Below are positions 61,315 through 64,000 of a stretch of DNA of 64,000 nt, piece after piece; position 1 is the stretch's first letter; the number at the start of each line of letters is the position of its first letter. The stretch covers positions 200,448,001 to 200,512,000 of the forward strand of contig NC_086097.1 in the NCBI RefSeq assembly GCF_963921235.1, in the 5' to 3' direction. Below the pieces are notes generated by a model, which had not been told where the DNA came from, ran no database searches, and saw only the letters and a list, made by a program, of their open reading frames with translations. The position numbers were made by a program, and so were the translations under genes. The stretch comes from Mobula hypostoma (Eukaryota).

Positions 61315-62900
61315 CTCAAAGTTCAAAGTAAGTTTATCATCAAAGTACATATACAGTATGTCACCATATACAACCCTGAGATTTACTTTCTTATGGGTAA
61401 TCACAGTAAGTACAAGAAACACAATATAATCAATAAAGACCACACCCAACAGGACAGACAACAACCAATATACAAAAATACAAGAAACTGTGCAATACAA
61501 AGAGAAGGAGAAATAATAAATAAATAAATTTGCAGTGAATATCAAGAATGTGAGATGAAGAGTCCTTGAAAGTCAGTCGAGTCCTTGAAAGTGAGTGCAT
61601 GGGTTGTGGGAACAGTTCATTGATGAAGCAAGTGATGTTGAATGAAGTTATCCTCCCTGGTTTAAAAGCCTAATGGTTGAGTGGTAATAATTCTTCCTGA
61701 ACTATAGGTGTGGGTCTTGAGAACCCTGTACCACCTTCTTGATGGCAGCAGTGAGAAAAGAGTGTGACCTGGATGGCGGGGTCCTTGATGATGGATGTTC
61801 CGTTCCTACGACGATGCTCCATGTAGTTGTGCTCCATGGTGGGGAGGGATGCACTGGGCCATATCCATTACCTTTTGTAGGCTTTTCCATACAAAGGCAT
61901 TGGTGTTTCCATACCAGGCTATGCTGTAACCAGTCAATAAACTCTCCACCACACACCTATAGAAGTTTGTCGGAGTTTTAGATGACATGCTGAATCCTCA
62001 CAGGGTCCGAACAAAGCCGAGACACTGCTATGCTTTCCTCCTTCATAATGACACTTAACTACTGGACTCAGGACGGTCCTCTGAAATGATAACCTTGAGG
62101 AATTTAAAGCTGCTGATGCTCTCCACTTCTGATCCCTCAATAAGGACTGGCTAATGGACCTCCTGAAGTCAATAATTATTGTGGCACCACTCAGCCAGAT
62201 TTTCAATCTTCCACCTATATGCTGATTCATCACCTCCTTTGCTCCAGCCAAAAACAGTGGTATCATCAGCAAACCTAAATATGGCATTGGAGCTGTGCTT
62301 AGCCTCACAGTCTTAAGTATAAAGTGAGTAGAGCAGGGGGCTAAACACACAGCCCTGTAGTGCACCGGGCTAAACACACAGCCCTGTAGTGCACCTGTGC
62401 TGAGGGAATTGTGGAGGCACCACTCCTTAAAGATGTCAGATTCCTCTCCACAGTACATCTACAGAAGTTTGAGTGCTTTAGGTGAAAAAACAAATCTCTT
62501 CAAACTCCTAGTGAAATATAGCTGCTGCCTTGCCTTCTTTAAAGCTGCATTGATATGTTGGGACCAGGTTATATCCTCAGAGATCTGGAAACCCAGGAAC
62601 TTGAAATTGCTCACTCTCTCCACTTCTGATCCCTCCATGAGGATTAGTATGTGTTCTTTCATCTCACCCTTCCTAAAGTCCACAATCAGCTCTTTGGTCT
62701 TACTGACATTGAGTGCAAGGTTATTGCTGTGACACCACTCAGCTAGCTGGTATATCTCACTCCTGTATGCCCTCTATCTCCATCTGTGATTGAGATTGAG
62801 GAATGAGTGAAGAGCCAATGAAATGGCATCTGCTGTTGACCTGTTGTTAAGGTAGGCAAATGGAGTGAATCCAAGTTGCTTCTCAGGCTGAAGTTGATGT
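61315..62900 (-). mobile_element. Rex1/Babar-like LINE fragments (at least two) with a 29-bp tandem duplication at 62338-62395
   Basis: ORFs 61806..61988, 61934..62458 and 62459..62683. GGGCTAAACACACAGCCCTGTAGTGCACC occurs twice. Confidence 0.85.
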
Positions 62901-63157
62901 TTCATCACCTACTTTTCAGCAGAAAACTGTATCCACTGAGGTACTTTATAGAGTATTTTCCATCATCCTAATTTACTGAGGTATTTGAGGATGATTTATT
63001 TCCATTTCTGTTCTGACTATGTGTAACCACAACACTAGCTACCACAAAGACCTTGATAGATCAAGGTCGTGCTCTAATGGCAAGGGAATAAAAATAGCTG
63101 GAGACAACATTGGCTGAATATACTCAACAGAGACACAAGTAGGCAGACACACAAAAG

Positions 63158-63159
<2 letters not shown>

Positions 63160-63193
<34 letters not shown>
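63160..63193. repeat. (TG)17 microsatellite
   Basis: Direct reading. Confidence 0.95.
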
Positions 63194-63198
<5 letters not shown>

Positions 63199-63271
63199 GC
63201 GTATGCGCATGTGGAAAATGTGCTTATGTAGTATATGCACACAAGCATCCATTTGCATGCATACACATATA

Positions 63272-63425
63272 CAGGTCGACCTTCACTAAACCAGCACCAT
63301 TGGGACCTGAGGAGTGCCAGATTAGTGAAAATGCCGAATTACAGAAGGATCACATTGAGTATAATCAGTGCCGGATCATCGAAGGAACCGGATTACAGGT
63401 AGTCGGATTAGTGAAGGTTGACCTG
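63272..63425. mobile_element. 154-bp Tc1/mariner (pogo/Tigger-like) MITE
   Basis: TA|CAGGTCGACCTTCACTAA … TTAGTGAAGGTTGACCTG|TA: 18-bp TIR with 1 mismatch and a TA TSD. Confidence 0.85.
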
Positions 63426-64000
63426 TACATACATGTTTATCCACTTTTTCATGTCAAGACAAAATTCCTCACTGCTCCCATTTTACTCCCTTCCCTCCCT
63501 CATTACCTCCTTCCCAACAGCCTTCCTTAGAATATTGTAATTTCACTCTCCTCCCTTCTCTCAAATATTTCCATTTACATCTCTTCACTTTATCTTATAC
63601 TCATTGTCTCCATCACACCTTCATTTTTATTCACCACTTACTCCCCCCAAGTTTTCTCAAAGTTCCTTCACTCTCCGTTTCATTCTCTCCATTCCATCTC
63701 AGCATCCTACCCTTCACTCATTCCCTTCAATCTCACATCCTTCCTGTGCTGATTTGACTTGTGTCTCTGTGAACACCTAGGCTTTACTTGGTTGCTCTGG
63801 GTTCCTCCATATCTAAAAATCGTGAACTGTTCCTTCATGTTTGCAAATTGCTTTTTGGAGATATGACCTTGACCATCTCTAGACCTATAATATGGTTTGG
63901 ACTGCAATTGCTTGACATGGATGACAGCAAGATTAGCCAGCTTGTTGATAAGCAACATCAAGGACACGGATGCAAACGCAGATGGGACCATGAATACTGC

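Noticed and set aside
1..64000. Prokaryotic systems (CRISPR, retrons, group II introns, DGRs), rRNA or tRNA genes
   Set aside because: All RTs are eukaryotic non-LTR or PLE types, there are no repeat-spacer arrays, and tRNA-like boxes occur only as SINE heads.

Overview
Eukaryotic, repeat-saturated DNA with no recognisable host protein-coding exon, so it is probably intronic or intergenic. The repeat repertoire points to a cartilaginous fish, probably a ray (inference, not a database result). Most long ORFs are pieces of CR1-clade LINEs (APE endonuclease + RT), including one near-full-length copy at 19.2-23.4 kb with a zinc-finger/SGNH ORF1, or of Rex1/Babar-like LINEs. These are often nested several deep. 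Also present: an RTE relic, two RTE-derived short elements with TSDs, an L1/Tx1 3' end, V-type and Deu-type SINEs, a TA-flanked Tc1/mariner-type MITE and a probable Harbinger relic. Highlights: (1) three tiny fold-back elements built from Penelope-like (PLE) terminal repeats, each carrying a minimal hammerhead-ribozyme motif (3.9, 17.6, 30.3 kb; two sequence families), plus a GIY-YIG PLE fragment with a CpG-decayed hammerhead (34.7-35.8 kb); (2) a non-autonomous Helitron with both ends intact (33850-36011) that retains three 23-codon STPR-like repeats and contains that PLE; (3) an inverted pair of CR1 copies about 11.5 kb apart sharing three inactivating lesions. Boundaries of old elements are approximate.
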